Of a stretch of 64,000 nt of DNA, positions 27,937 through 38,018 are shown piece by piece (the first letter of the stretch is position 1; each line of letters starts with the position of its first letter). Origin of the DNA: an uncultured Christensenella sp. (GTDB lineage Bacteria > Bacillota > Clostridia > Christensenellales > UBA1242); the NCBI GenBank assembly GCA_949294455.1, contig CASFHD010000002.1:150674-214673 (forward strand), in the 5' to 3' direction. Below the pieces are notes generated by a model that did not search any database, was not told the origin of the DNA, and was given only the letters and a program-made list of their open reading frames with translations. A program made the translations under genes and the position numbers.

Positions 27937-29724
27937 ATGAAAAATATTAGAAATTTTTGTATAGTGGCACACATTGACCACGGTAAAAGTACACTTGCTG
28001 ACAGAATTATGGAATTTACTGGTGCTGTTGCCAAACGAGATATTAAAGACCAACTTTTAGACAGTATGGATATTGAAAGAGAACGCGGAATTACCATAAA
28101 ACTGGCTACTGTTAGTATGAACTATAATTACTGTGGTAAAGACTATATTTTAAACCTTATTGATACGCCAGGACATGTCGATTTCAGTTATGAAGTTTCA
28201 AGAAGTCTTGCCGCTTGTGAAGGAGCTTTATTAGTTGTTGATGCAACGCAAGGCGTTCAAGCGCAAACTCTAAATAATGTATATCTTGCCATTGAACAAG
28301 GGCTTGAAATTATCCCAGTTATTAACAAAATAGATTTGCCTTCTGCTGATGTTGATGGGGTTAAAAAAGAGATCGAGAATACTATTGGAATCAGTTGTGA
28401 AAACGCTTGTCTTATAAGTGCAAAAACAGGGCTAAATATTGATACAGTCATATCATCAGTTATTAAATATATAAAAAATCCTGAACAGGACAGTACAAAA
28501 CCACTAAAATGTTTAATTTTTGATAGTTTTTATGATAGTTTCAAGGGTGCAGTGATTATTGTCAGAGTTTTTGAAGGTCATGTAAAAAAAGGTGATATTT
28601 TACAGTTTTTTCAAACAAAGGCAAATTATGAAGTAACTGAAGTTGGTATTTTTACGCCTTCTATGAAAGAAATTGATTGTTTATCTGCGGGTGAAGTTGG
28701 TTATATCTCTGCTAGTATTAAAAGTGTGAGTGATACAAAAGTAGGAGATACTGTAACTACAAAAGATAATCCTTGTTTGGAACCTTTAAAGGGTTATAAA
28801 GAGGCAAAACCTGTTGTATTTTCGGGTATTTTCCCAGTTGATGGAAATAAATATCAAGAATTAAAAGATGCATTAGAAAAATTGGCATTAAATGACGCTT
28901 CTTTGCATTTTGAAAAGGAAAACAGTCTTGCTTTAGGTCATGGATTTAGATGTGGATTTTTAGGTTTACTACATATGGATATTATAGTTGAAAGGTTAGA
29001 GCGAGAATTTAATCTAGACTTAATTACAACTGCACCTAGTGTTAAATATAGAGTTCACAAAACTGACGGCAGTATAATTGATGTTTCAAATCCTAGTTTG
29101 TTACCAGACCCTGTTTATATAAACTATATTGAAGAGCCTATTGTTAAATGTGAAATAATAACTCCTGCTGAGTATATAGGAAATATTATGGATTTATGTG
29201 CAAACAAACGTGCAGAGTTTAAGGATATGCAATATTTAGATGAAAAGCGTTCAAAAATAGTTTACAATATACCATTAAATGAAATTGTTTATGATTTTTT
29301 TGATAAAATTAAAAGTTTGTCAAAAGGTTATGCTTCGATGGATTATGAAATAGTAGGCTTTAATAAAAGCGACCTTGTAAAACTAGATATATTAATTTCA
29401 AAAGAAGTATGTGATGCATTATCATTAATTACACATAGAGATAAAGCTTATTCAAGAGGTAGAGCATTAGTAGAAAAATTAAAAGAAGTAATCCCAAGAC
29501 AATTATTTGAAATACCTTTGCAAGCAGTAATAGGCGGTAAAGTAGTGGCAAGAGAAACTATTTCTGCTTTAAGAAAAGATGTATTGGCAAAATGTTATGG
29601 CGGTGATATTACAAGAAAAAGAAAATTGTTAGAAAAGCAAAAAGAAGGCAAAAAACGAATGAGAAGACTAGGCAATGTTGAACTACCTAGTGAAGCATTT
29701 ATAGAGATTTTAAAGTTAGATTAA
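27937..29724 (+). CDS. lepA: elongation factor 4 (LepA)
   Basis: Start set to ATG 27937 ([23 protein letters not shown] matches the canonical LepA N-terminus). [14 protein letters not shown]-terminal LepA domain. Confidence 0.95.
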   Translation: MKNIRNFCIVAHIDHGKSTLADRIMEFTGAVAKRDIKDQLLDSMDIERERGITIKLATVSMNYNYCGKDYILNLIDTPGHVDFSYEVSRSLAACEGALLVVDATQGVQAQTLNNVYLAIEQGLEIIPVINKIDLPSADVDGVKKEIENTIGISCENACLISAKTGLNIDTVISSVIKYIKNPEQDSTKPLKCLIFDSFYDSFKGAVIIVRVFEGHVKKGDILQFFQTKANYEVTEVGIFTPSMKEIDCLSAGEVGYISASIKSVSDTKVGDTVTTKDNPCLEPLKGYKEAKPVVFSGIFPVDGNKYQELKDALEKLALNDASLHFEKENSLALGHGFRCGFLGLLHMDIIVERLEREFNLDLITTAPSVKYRVHKTDGSIIDVSNPSLLPDPVYINYIEEPIVKCEIITPAEYIGNIMDLCANKRAEFKDMQYLDEKRSKIVYNIPLNEIVYDFFDKIKSLSKGYASMDYEIVGFNKSDLVKLDILISKEVCDALSLITHRDKAYSRGRALVEKLKEVIPRQLFEIPLQAVIGGKVVARETISALRKDVLAKCYGGDITRKRKLLEKQKEGKKRMRRLGNVELPSEAFIEILKLD

Positions 29725-29738
29725 ATGTTTTATTAGAA

Positions 29739-29808
29739 AAACCATAAAATTTAAACCATAAAATTTAAACCATAAAATTTAAACCATAAAATTTAAACCA
29801 TAAAATTA
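29739..29808 (+). repeat. 14-bp perfect tandem repeat x5 (AAACCATAAAATTT)
   Basis: Units at 29739, 29753, 29767, 29781 and 29795. Only the last base of copy 5 differs. Begins 15 nt after the lepA stop. Confidence 0.95.
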
Positions 29809-30057
29809 AAAAGAGATAGTTTTGTAATAATTTTAATAAATATTAATAATAGTAAAAAGTATTTAAAAACATATAGAAACAAAACAAAAAACAAATTTAT
29901 GATTAATTTTATTATTTTTTAGTTTAATACTTTGCTTTACAAATCAATTTATTTAGTATAAAATATTTTTAATTAATTAATAATTTTAGTTAGATAGAAT
30001 ATTAAGTAAAAATCACTTTTTATAATTATTAAAATATTTATTAATTTAGGGGGATAG

Positions 30058-31212
30058 ATGAGTAGAAATTTAGTAACAGACAAAATGGGCTTATATGTAC
30101 ACATTCCGTTTTGTTCGAAGAAGTGTGATTATTGCGATTTTATATCATTTTCTATGTCAAAAGAAGCACAAGTTGAATATTTAGCAGCGCTTTTTGAAGA
30201 AATTGATATTATGAAAAAAAAGTTCATTGACAAAGAATTTGACACACTTTATATAGGTGGTGGCACTCCGTCATTTGTATATGAAGGTTTTATTATAGCA
30301 CTTGCTAGAAAAATTTGGTCGAGTTTTAAGTTTTCAAAAGACACAGAATTCACTATAGAAATCAATCCTTCTAGTTGTACTGAAGAAAAACTTTTTGAAT
30401 ACATTCAAGCGGGTGTAAATAGAGTAAGTATAGGGGTACAGTGTTTAGATGAAAACTTGTTGAAGGCATTAGGCAGAATTCAATCTATGGAAAACATCGA
30501 TAACACATTTAATCTTTTGCATAAAATGAGATTTAGAAATGTTTGTGCAGATATTATGATTGGCCTACCTAATCAAACTATGGCGGCGGTAAAAGATACT
30601 GTCAATTATTGTTTAAAGCAAAAAGTTCAACACATTTCAGTATATACTTTGCAAGTTGAAAAAAGCACAGTTTTATATGATAAAGTAAATATGGGGGATT
30701 TAAAACCTTTAAGCGAAGAAGAATGTGCTGATATGTATAATATGGTAGCATCAATGCTAAAAAAAGAAAATTTTCTACAATACGAAGTATCAAATTTTGC
30801 TCGTTCAACATTTGAATCAAGACATAATTCAAAATATTGGTCAGGAGTCGAATATTTGGGTCTTGGAGTGTCCGCTTCAAGTTTTTATGGCGGACATAGA
30901 TTAATGAATACAATAAGATTAGATAGTTATTGTGATAGATTATTAAATAAACACGAATTACCTATTGCTACAGATGAGTATATTACAGACAGCAAAAGAA
31001 GAACTGAAAGAATTATGTTGTCACTTAGAACTTCAATAGGATTAGACCTTGAAAAATTTAAAATTGATTTTAAAGAAGATTTATTGCAATCTAAAAAAGA
31101 AGCAATAAACGATTTTATTAAACATAAAATTATGAAAATAGAAAATGGATTTTTAATAATAGACCAGAAATATTTCTATATCTCAAATAAAATTATTTTA
31201 GAACTTCTATAG
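30058..31212 (+). CDS. hemW: radical SAM heme chaperone HemW (HemN-like)
   Basis: GGGGGA SD. LYVHIPFCSKKCDYCDF radical-SAM cluster motif, YIGGGTPS, HemN C-terminal domain. lepA-hemN synteny. Confidence 0.85.
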   Translation: MSRNLVTDKMGLYVHIPFCSKKCDYCDFISFSMSKEAQVEYLAALFEEIDIMKKKFIDKEFDTLYIGGGTPSFVYEGFIIALARKIWSSFKFSKDTEFTIEINPSSCTEEKLFEYIQAGVNRVSIGVQCLDENLLKALGRIQSMENIDNTFNLLHKMRFRNVCADIMIGLPNQTMAAVKDTVNYCLKQKVQHISVYTLQVEKSTVLYDKVNMGDLKPLSEEECADMYNMVASMLKKENFLQYEVSNFARSTFESRHNSKYWSGVEYLGLGVSASSFYGGHRLMNTIRLDSYCDRLLNKHELPIATDEYITDSKRRTERIMLSLRTSIGLDLEKFKIDFKEDLLQSKKEAINDFIKHKIMKIENGFLIIDQKYFYISNKIILELL

Positions 31213-31451
31213 AACTTGATTATTTATGTTAATTGCATTGAAAAAGAACACTAAATTTCATAAATATAAAATATTATTAAATTTAGTAAAGTCTTGTTTT
31301 TATGATAGATTATAAAATAAATGTGTTAATATAAAAAATAAAAAAAACAGTTTATAAAAATGAAAAAAGCAAAAAAATGTAAATCAAAATTATAAAATAA
31401 AATGTAAATCAAAAATATAAATAAAATTGTAAATAAATTAAAACAAAACCT

Positions 31452-31476
31452 AAAAGACAGTATATTGTCTTTTTTG
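31452..31476 (+). terminator. intrinsic terminator 240 nt downstream of hemW
   Basis: 8-bp stem AAAAGACA/TGTCTTTT, 6-nt loop, T-run. Confidence 0.65.
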
Positions 31477-31633
31477 TTTGCTATTTATCAAATTTTGAAG
31501 TAAAATATAGTTGAAACAAAAGTTGTAAATATAAAAATTTATTAAAGATTAAAATTTTTACATATAAAATAAGGATTACAATTTAAACAATAAAAATATT
31601 AAATGATATAAAAAATGAATTAATTGAGGTAAA

Positions 31634-32563
31634 ATGGAATTTGTACATTATTCAGTAATGAAAAAAGAAGCTATAGAGAATTTAAATATTTCACCAGAAG
31701 GCATTTATGTTGATTGCACTTTGGGTGGAGGAGGTCATAGCCTTGAAATACTCAAAAGATTGACTACAGGCAGATTAATTGCATTTGATAAAGATAGTGA
31801 TGCAATAAATTTTTCAAAAGAGTTATTAAAAAAATATTCGGACAAACTAATTATAGTCAATTCAAATTTTAAGGATATATCAAGGGTATTAAATGAGTTA
31901 AATATACAATATGTTGATGGAATTTTAGCAGACCTTGGAGTGTCATCTTATCAGTTGGATACAGCGGACAGAGGATTTAGTTATATGCACGACGGCAGAT
32001 TAGATATGCGAATGGATAAATTAAATCCGCTTGATGCTTATAAGGTCGTAAATGAGTATAGCGAAGAAGATTTAAGAAAAATTTTGTTTGAATTTGGAGA
32101 GGAACAACACGCAAAATCGATAGCAAAAAAGATAGTTACAACAAGGCAGAAAAAACCTATTGAAACCACTTTTGAATTAAAAGAAATAATAAAGAGTTGC
32201 TATCCTATAAAATTAAAAGATAAACCTGGAATAAATGGAAAAACATTTCAAGCAGTACGAATAGAAGTTAATAAAGAATTAGATGATTTAATTTCAGGGA
32301 TAGAAGATATGATTGCAAGTCTAAAATCAAAAGGAAGATTAGTAGTTATTACTTTTCAACCACTTGAAGATAAAATTGTTAAAAAAGCCTTTAAAATTCA
32401 TTCAACTGATTGTTTGTGTCCGCCGAAAATTCCAAAATGCGTTTGCAATCACAAAGCTGATATTAAATTGATAACTAAAAAGCCTATAATACCATCACAA
32501 AAAGAATTAGATGAAAATTCAAGAAGCGCAAGTGCAAAAATGCGCGTTATTGAAAAACTATAA
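31634..32563 (+). CDS. rsmH: 16S rRNA (cytosine1402-N4)-methyltransferase RsmH
   Basis: HYSVM..E, DCTLGGGGHS, DLGVSSYQLD, RGFSY motifs. Confidence 0.95.
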   Translation: MEFVHYSVMKKEAIENLNISPEGIYVDCTLGGGGHSLEILKRLTTGRLIAFDKDSDAINFSKELLKKYSDKLIIVNSNFKDISRVLNELNIQYVDGILADLGVSSYQLDTADRGFSYMHDGRLDMRMDKLNPLDAYKVVNEYSEEDLRKILFEFGEEQHAKSIAKKIVTTRQKKPIETTFELKEIIKSCYPIKLKDKPGINGKTFQAVRIEVNKELDDLISGIEDMIASLKSKGRLVVITFQPLEDKIVKKAFKIHSTDCLCPPKIPKCVCNHKADIKLITKKPIIPSQKELDENSRSASAKMRVIEKL

Positions 32564-32673
32564 ATTGTTAAAAAAAATATAATTGCAAATTTAACTATAT
32601 ATTTTTACGATTTTTAGTTAAATATTTGCAAAATTTTAGATTTTTTTATAAAATATTAAAAAAGGAGTGGTAT

Positions 32674-33117
32674 ATGCAAGATGAATTTGAAAAATACATC
32701 AAAATAGATGAAATGAAAGATGATAAATCAATAAATGCTTTTGCAAACTATTCTTATAAACAAAATGATGAAGAGGGAATAAAAAAATACCTTTTGTCAG
32801 ATGAGGAAATTAAACTTAGAGAACTTGAAGAAAAACAAATTGAAGAAGAGAGATTAAGAGCAGCTCAAATAGATAAAAAGTTAAATGAAGTTAAATTGAA
32901 TTCTAAACAAGTAAATCCTGTAGTGAATTTTAAATTAAAAAGCGAAGAAAAACAAGAAAGATTGAAATCTAGGATTAAATATTATTTTGGGTTGTATGCA
33001 ATAGTCTTTATGGTTTTAGTTATAACGGCAATCACTACTGCTATATCTTTAGCGACAGTCAATGCGGATATTGAAGCAAATCAGCGTGCTATTGATATGA
33101 TTGAAAGAAGTATTTAA
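32674..33117 (+). CDS. FtsL-like cell-division protein (single TM, coiled-coil)
   Basis: Start moved to ATG 32674 (AAGGAG SD). Charged N-region, one TM (YYFGLYAIVFMVLVITAITTAISL), short C-terminal helix. Occupies the ftsL slot between rsmH and the PBP. Confidence 0.5.
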   Translation: MQDEFEKYIKIDEMKDDKSINAFANYSYKQNDEEGIKKYLLSDEEIKLRELEEKQIEEERLRAAQIDKKLNEVKLNSKQVNPVVNFKLKSEEKQERLKSRIKYYFGLYAIVFMVLVITAITTAISLATVNADIEANQRAIDMIERSI

Positions 33118-33294
33118 TATATTAAATTATAAGTATTTAAAAGTTAATAATTATTCTTTTAATGTGCTTATAATTTTTTTATTTAAAAGCATCTGCGGGC
33201 AAATTCAAAATTTTGCAAGATTTATAACATAAACAAAAAATAAATAGTTGTTAAGTCTAATTCATAAAGGGAAATTTTAAAAATATAATATTAT

Positions 33295-35205
33295 GTGAGC
33301 AAACTAAAATTTTATTATAATTCATTCAATCTGAAAAGAAGAATTTTGGCAATTATTTTATCAATAATACTTGTTTTTATTGCATTGTTTTGCAGATTGT
33401 TTTATTTAATGCTTTTCAAGTCGCCTGAATTACAGGTAAAAGCAAGTGAAGAATGGTTTAGGGATTTACCTTTGTCAGCAAAGCGAGGTGAAATATTAGA
33501 TTGTAACGGTATAAAACTTGCAACTAGTGTTACAACTTATGATGTCTATGTAAGGGCGAGAAATGTAAAAGATAAATCAGGTGTAGCATCGCTTTTAAGC
33601 AATACTTTGAATCTTGATTTTGACTCTGTTTATGCAAAGGTTACAAATACAAGCATTGGCGAATCATTAATCAAACTGCAGGTTGATGAAGATATAGCAT
33701 TGTCACTAGTAAACAGTGGATTAAAAGGAATTTATTTAAGTCAGAATGTTAAAAGATATTATCCTTATTCTGATATGCTAACTCAAGTTTTAGGATATTG
33801 TACAATAGATTCTAGCGGACAAGCGGGACTTGAAAGTTTTTACGACCTGTACTTAAAAGGAATACCGGGTAAAACTTTGAGTCAAACTACAGCAAGTGGG
33901 GAAGATATTGAAAACACTTTGACTTATTATATACCATCAATTGATGGCGTAGATATGAAACTAACAATTGATATATATATGCAAACGGCTATGGAGACAG
34001 CATTGAATAATGCAATGATTGAACATAATGCCAAGAAAGCATACGGAATAATATTAGACGCAGAAACAGGCGGAATTAAAGCAATGACAGTAAAACCTAG
34101 TTTTGATTTGAATAATCCTGATAGAACAAATTTAAGTATATTAAATGAACTTAGCAAAAATTCTTGTGTTGTAGATGTTTATGAGCCGGGAAGTACATTT
34201 AAGATTTTAACTTTAGCTGCTGCTTTAAATGAAGGATTAGTAAGCGTAGATGATAAATTTTATTGCAATGGTAGTACTACGGTTGATGGACAAAGAATCA
34301 AATGTTGGAAAACGACAGGGCACGGAAGTCAGACATTGCAAGAAGCATTTAAAAATTCTTGTAACTGCTGTTTTGTTCAATTAGCATCAAAATTAGGAGT
34401 TGAAACATTTTATAAATATTTACAAATGTTTGGAATAGGGAATAAAACAGGAGTAGATATTGCAAGTGAAAGTTCGGGCTTAATGCTAGATGAAAGTGTT
34501 GTAACTAATGTTGATTTAGCAAGAATAGGTTTTGGTCAGGCAGTTGCGGTAACACCTTTGCAATTAATTTATGCAGTTTCGGGAATTTTGACGGGGAAAT
34601 TTACTACTCCACATTTGATTGATAGCCTTTATAATTCTACTGGAGAAATATACAAATATAGTGTAAGTTCTTCAAACAATACACTAAATACTGAGACTAT
34701 AGAAATTCTGCGAGACTTTTTAAGACTTAATATAAATCAATCTGAAGATGAATTAACTTTTGTTGCAGGATATGATGTTGGCGGGAAAACAGGAACAGCT
34801 CAAAAATATATAGATGGAAGTATTGCAAGTGGTAAATATGTATCTTCATTTATAGGGGTGTATCCTTGTGATAACCCGAAATATATTATGATTGTTTGTG
34901 TAGATGAGCCATCAAACGGAGCATATTATGGTGGCGTAGTAGCAAAGCCTATAGGTCAACAAGTATTTCAAGAAATATTTACAAAATTAAACTTTTTGCC
35001 CGATGATGAAAATTCATTGACGATTAAAAAAGATGTGGAGATGCCAAACTTAATAGGTCTTCCAATTTCAAAGGCAGGTGCTATATTAAAAGGATTAGGG
35101 TTAAATTACGATGTGTCAGGCACAGGTGGATATGTGGTTTCACAAATACCATCTTATAAAACTATGCTTTACAAAAATGAAGATGTTTTGCTAGTTACAA
35201 CATAA
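33295..35205 (+). CDS. class B penicillin-binding protein (PBP2B/SpoVD type) with one C-terminal PASTA domain
   Basis: N-terminal TM, dimerisation domain, transpeptidase motifs STFK, SNC (SxN variant), KTGT, PASTA (MPNLIGLPISKAGAILKGLGL). GTG start, no SD. Confidence 0.9.
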   Translation: MSKLKFYYNSFNLKRRILAIILSIILVFIALFCRLFYLMLFKSPELQVKASEEWFRDLPLSAKRGEILDCNGIKLATSVTTYDVYVRARNVKDKSGVASLLSNTLNLDFDSVYAKVTNTSIGESLIKLQVDEDIALSLVNSGLKGIYLSQNVKRYYPYSDMLTQVLGYCTIDSSGQAGLESFYDLYLKGIPGKTLSQTTASGEDIENTLTYYIPSIDGVDMKLTIDIYMQTAMETALNNAMIEHNAKKAYGIILDAETGGIKAMTVKPSFDLNNPDRTNLSILNELSKNSCVVDVYEPGSTFKILTLAAALNEGLVSVDDKFYCNGSTTVDGQRIKCWKTTGHGSQTLQEAFKNSCNCCFVQLASKLGVETFYKYLQMFGIGNKTGVDIASESSGLMLDESVVTNVDLARIGFGQAVAVTPLQLIYAVSGILTGKFTTPHLIDSLYNSTGEIYKYSVSSSNNTLNTETIEILRDFLRLNINQSEDELTFVAGYDVGGKTGTAQKYIDGSIASGKYVSSFIGVYPCDNPKYIMIVCVDEPSNGAYYGGVVAKPIGQQVFQEIFTKLNFLPDDENSLTIKKDVEMPNLIGLPISKAGAILKGLGLNYDVSGTGGYVVSQIPSYKTMLYKNEDVLLVTT

Positions 35206-35823
35206 CATATAGTTAATTTAACAAATTCTATAAATCAATTAAATCAAAGAAAAATTTCTTAAAATTTAAAAAAACAATTGAATATAACAATTATTTTATA
35301 TATTACCACAATATTTTAAATATTTATTAAAATTTTTGTTTGTGTATTTATAAAACTATATAAAATTGATGTTTATATAATACTTATATAGTATTAGTAT
35401 AAGTAAATAATATAATTATAAAAAGATGTTTTAACCAACTTGAATTATTACAAATTAAACCATAATATAATTATTTGTAACTATCTTAAGTTATAAGATT
35501 TATATAAAGTATAATATTTTAATTTTTAAAATTCTTTTATAAAGCAAATGTATAATAATGAATAAAAAATTTTTGTGCGTATATTCAATATATAAAATAC
35601 ATAAAATTAATCTAAATAAGTTTAAATTAAATAAAAAAATGAATAAAACTACGAAAAATTTATCAAATATTTTAAAATTTTATATATTTTTAAAATATAA
35701 TTATTAATAAACAATATTAAAACGATTTAAATTAAGTCAAAAACGTTTTTAAAAATAGTTTAAAAAAATTATAAAAAATGTATAAAACATAATACGATGA
35801 ACAAACTAGTATAGGAGGTAGAT

Positions 35824-35985
35824 ATGCAAAGCAAAAAATGGGTTCCCGGTAATGTAGCTCCTGAAAGTGGTAATTATACTGCTTATGATGCTCAAGGTAA
35901 CAATGGCGGTTCTTTATACCTTGAAAAAGGACAAAGATTCCCAGCTACTCAACATTCTGGAAGTTATTATTGTAAAGAAGACTAA
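35824..35985 (+). CDS. YjzC-family small protein (53 aa, below ORF-track cutoff)
   Basis: Strong SD AGGAGG. MQSKKWVPGNVAPESGNYTAYDAQGNNGGSLYLEKGQRFPATQHSGSYYCKED fits the YjzC pattern (PG..AP.SG.Y ... L..G..FP.T). Own terminator. Confidence 0.6.
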   Translation: MQSKKWVPGNVAPESGNYTAYDAQGNNGGSLYLEKGQRFPATQHSGSYYCKED

Positions 35986-35992
35986 CTCTTAT

Positions 35993-36020
35993 AAAAAGAC
36001 CACACAGGTCTTTTTTATTT
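35993..36020 (+). terminator. intrinsic terminator after yjzC-like gene
   Basis: 8-bp stem AAAAAGAC/GTCTTTTT, 7-nt loop, T-run. Confidence 0.75.
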
Positions 36021-36620
36021 TTAATAAAATTTTAATATTTTTAGTAAAATCTCAATGTGTATTATATATAAATGTATTAATAGCCTAATAAGGTATTTCT
36101 TTGCACGATTTAAATTTTATTTTATGCGCGTAAAGAGTGTATTAACTAAATAAAATATTTATTTTTAGATTGCTTGTGAATTTTAATTTTATTATTAAAA
36201 ATTCTCATTAAAAAATGCTTAACTTCAATATAAAGTTTTGTTTTTAGTACTACATATTTTTAATTTAATTTTTAATAAATAAAATTTATTAGATGTGATT
36301 TAATAGATTTGTATATAATTTTTAATTTGAATATAACTATAAAATCTGATATACGTATCTATATTATTTGATAAGTGAGAAAAAAATTTGACTAATGCTA
36401 ATTATTTTATATTTTCCTAAATATATTTATACTAATTATTTATTGTGTTATATATTTATCGATTTTATAGGTTTATAAAATTAACTTATAAATAATAGAT
36501 ATTACGTTAATTGATATATCATAAATATATTAATATTTTCTTTTTTCATATTTTTAAATTTTAATTATGCTTATTATTGAAATATTTTTTTTATTGTTGT
36601 ATAATCTAGACGAGGTAATT

Positions 36621-38006
36621 ATGAATAGAACGGATATTAGGCAAATTTACGAAAATGTAGAAAAATTTAATAATTTACAAGTAAAAGTAGGCGGTTGGGT
36701 TAAAAGTGCAAGAGATATGAAAAATTTTGCTTTTTTAACAATTTCGGACGGGACATGTTTTTCTAATGCACAAATTGTTTTGAATAATAATTTAGATAAT
36801 TTTTCTAAAGCCTGCAAATTAAATGCTGGGTCTTCTTTAGAAATTGAGGGAATAGTAAAATACACACCTTCAAATAAACAGCCTTTTGAAATTAATGCAA
36901 GCAAAATAAACATTTTATCAAAAACTGATGATAGTTATCCTTTGCAAAAAAAAGGGCATAGCATTGAGTTTTTGCGTGAAATTGCATATTTAAGACCTAG
37001 AACTAATTTATTTAATGCAGTTTTTAGAGTAAGAAGTGAAATGTCGTATGCAATTCACGAATTTTTTCACAAGAAAGGTTTTGTATATGTGCATACTCCT
37101 ATTATTACTGCCGCTGACTGTGAGGGTGGTAGTGATGTTTTTAGATTAACAAATTTAGACATTTATAATGAGTCAAGAAAAATTCCTTTAAAGCCAAATA
37201 ATGATTTTTTTGGGAAACCTGTATTTTTAACGCCAACAGGACAGTTAGAAGGAGAAGCGTTAGCACTTGCTTACACAAAAATCTATACTTTTGGTCCGAC
37301 TTTTAGAGCTGAAAATTCAAACACTACAAGACACGCAAATGAATTTTGGATGATTGAACCAGAAATGGCGTTTTGTGATTTAACTGGACTATTAGACAAT
37401 ATTGAAGAATTTGTTAAATATCTAATTTCATATCTATTGAAAAATTGTAAAGATGAAGTAGAATTTTTTAATAAATTTGTAGATAATACCCTGCTTGATA
37501 GGTTAAATATGGTGGTAAATTCATCTTTTGCTAGAATTAGTTATACAGAGGCTGTAAAATTGTTAGAAAAACACAATGATGAATTTGAATTTAAGATTTC
37601 TTGGGGTGATGATTTGCAAAGTGAACACGAAAGGTATTTATGCGAAAAGATTTTCAAAAAGCCTGTTTTTGTAACAGATTATCCAAAAGAAATTAAAGCA
37701 TTTTATATGCGTTTAAATGATGACAATAAAACTGTTGCTGCAAGTGATTTGTTGGTCCCAGGAATAGGTGAAATGGTGGGCTCATCACAAAGAGAAGAAA
37801 GACTTGATGTGTTAAGACAAAAATTAAAAGACGCAAATTTAAAAGAAGAAGATTATTGGTGGTATGTAAATCTTAGAAAATTTGGTTCAGTTTATCATTC
37901 TGGATATGGACTAGGTTTTGAAAGATTTTTAATGTACGTTACAGGAATCAATAATATAAGAGATGTACAATTATTCCCTAGAACACCTAAAAATTGTGAA
38001 TTTTAA
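36621..38006 (+). CDS. asnS: asparagine--tRNA ligase
   Basis: Start moved to ATG 36621 (GAGGT SD). OB anticodon-binding domain, class II motifs FRAENSNTTRHANEFWMIEPE and GYGLGFERFLMY. Confidence 0.95.
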   Translation: MNRTDIRQIYENVEKFNNLQVKVGGWVKSARDMKNFAFLTISDGTCFSNAQIVLNNNLDNFSKACKLNAGSSLEIEGIVKYTPSNKQPFEINASKINILSKTDDSYPLQKKGHSIEFLREIAYLRPRTNLFNAVFRVRSEMSYAIHEFFHKKGFVYVHTPIITAADCEGGSDVFRLTNLDIYNESRKIPLKPNNDFFGKPVFLTPTGQLEGEALALAYTKIYTFGPTFRAENSNTTRHANEFWMIEPEMAFCDLTGLLDNIEEFVKYLISYLLKNCKDEVEFFNKFVDNTLLDRLNMVVNSSFARISYTEAVKLLEKHNDEFEFKISWGDDLQSEHERYLCEKIFKKPVFVTDYPKEIKAFYMRLNDDNKTVAASDLLVPGIGEMVGSSQREERLDVLRQKLKDANLKEEDYWWYVNLRKFGSVYHSGYGLGFERFLMYVTGINNIRDVQLFPRTPKNCEF

Positions 38007-38018
38007 TATGATTTTAGG

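Noticed and set aside
29739-29808. The 14-bp x5 array considered as a CRISPR array
   Set aside because: The units are contiguous with no spacers, far shorter than CRISPR repeats, and no cas genes are present.
31213-31633. mraZ upstream of rsmH
   Set aside because: No ORF is present and every frame is full of stops. mraZ is genuinely absent from this position.
35452-35466. AAATTAAACCATAAT, and the reverse-complement match near 63385, as dispersed copies of the lepA-proximal 14-mer
   Set aside because: About one chance occurrence of a 10-mer core of this composition is expected in 128 kb of two-strand sequence, so this is not significant.
35867-36088. 73-aa track ORF overlapping the yjzC-like gene
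   Set aside because: It lies in a different frame from the well-signalled 53-aa gene, runs through the terminator hairpin, and has no SD. Its composition is just a translation of AT-rich DNA.
36089-36620. T-box riboswitch expected upstream of asnS
   Set aside because: No specifier/AGAGA/T-box (GGTGGTACCGCG-like) sequences or G/C-containing stems were found. The region is almost pure A/T.
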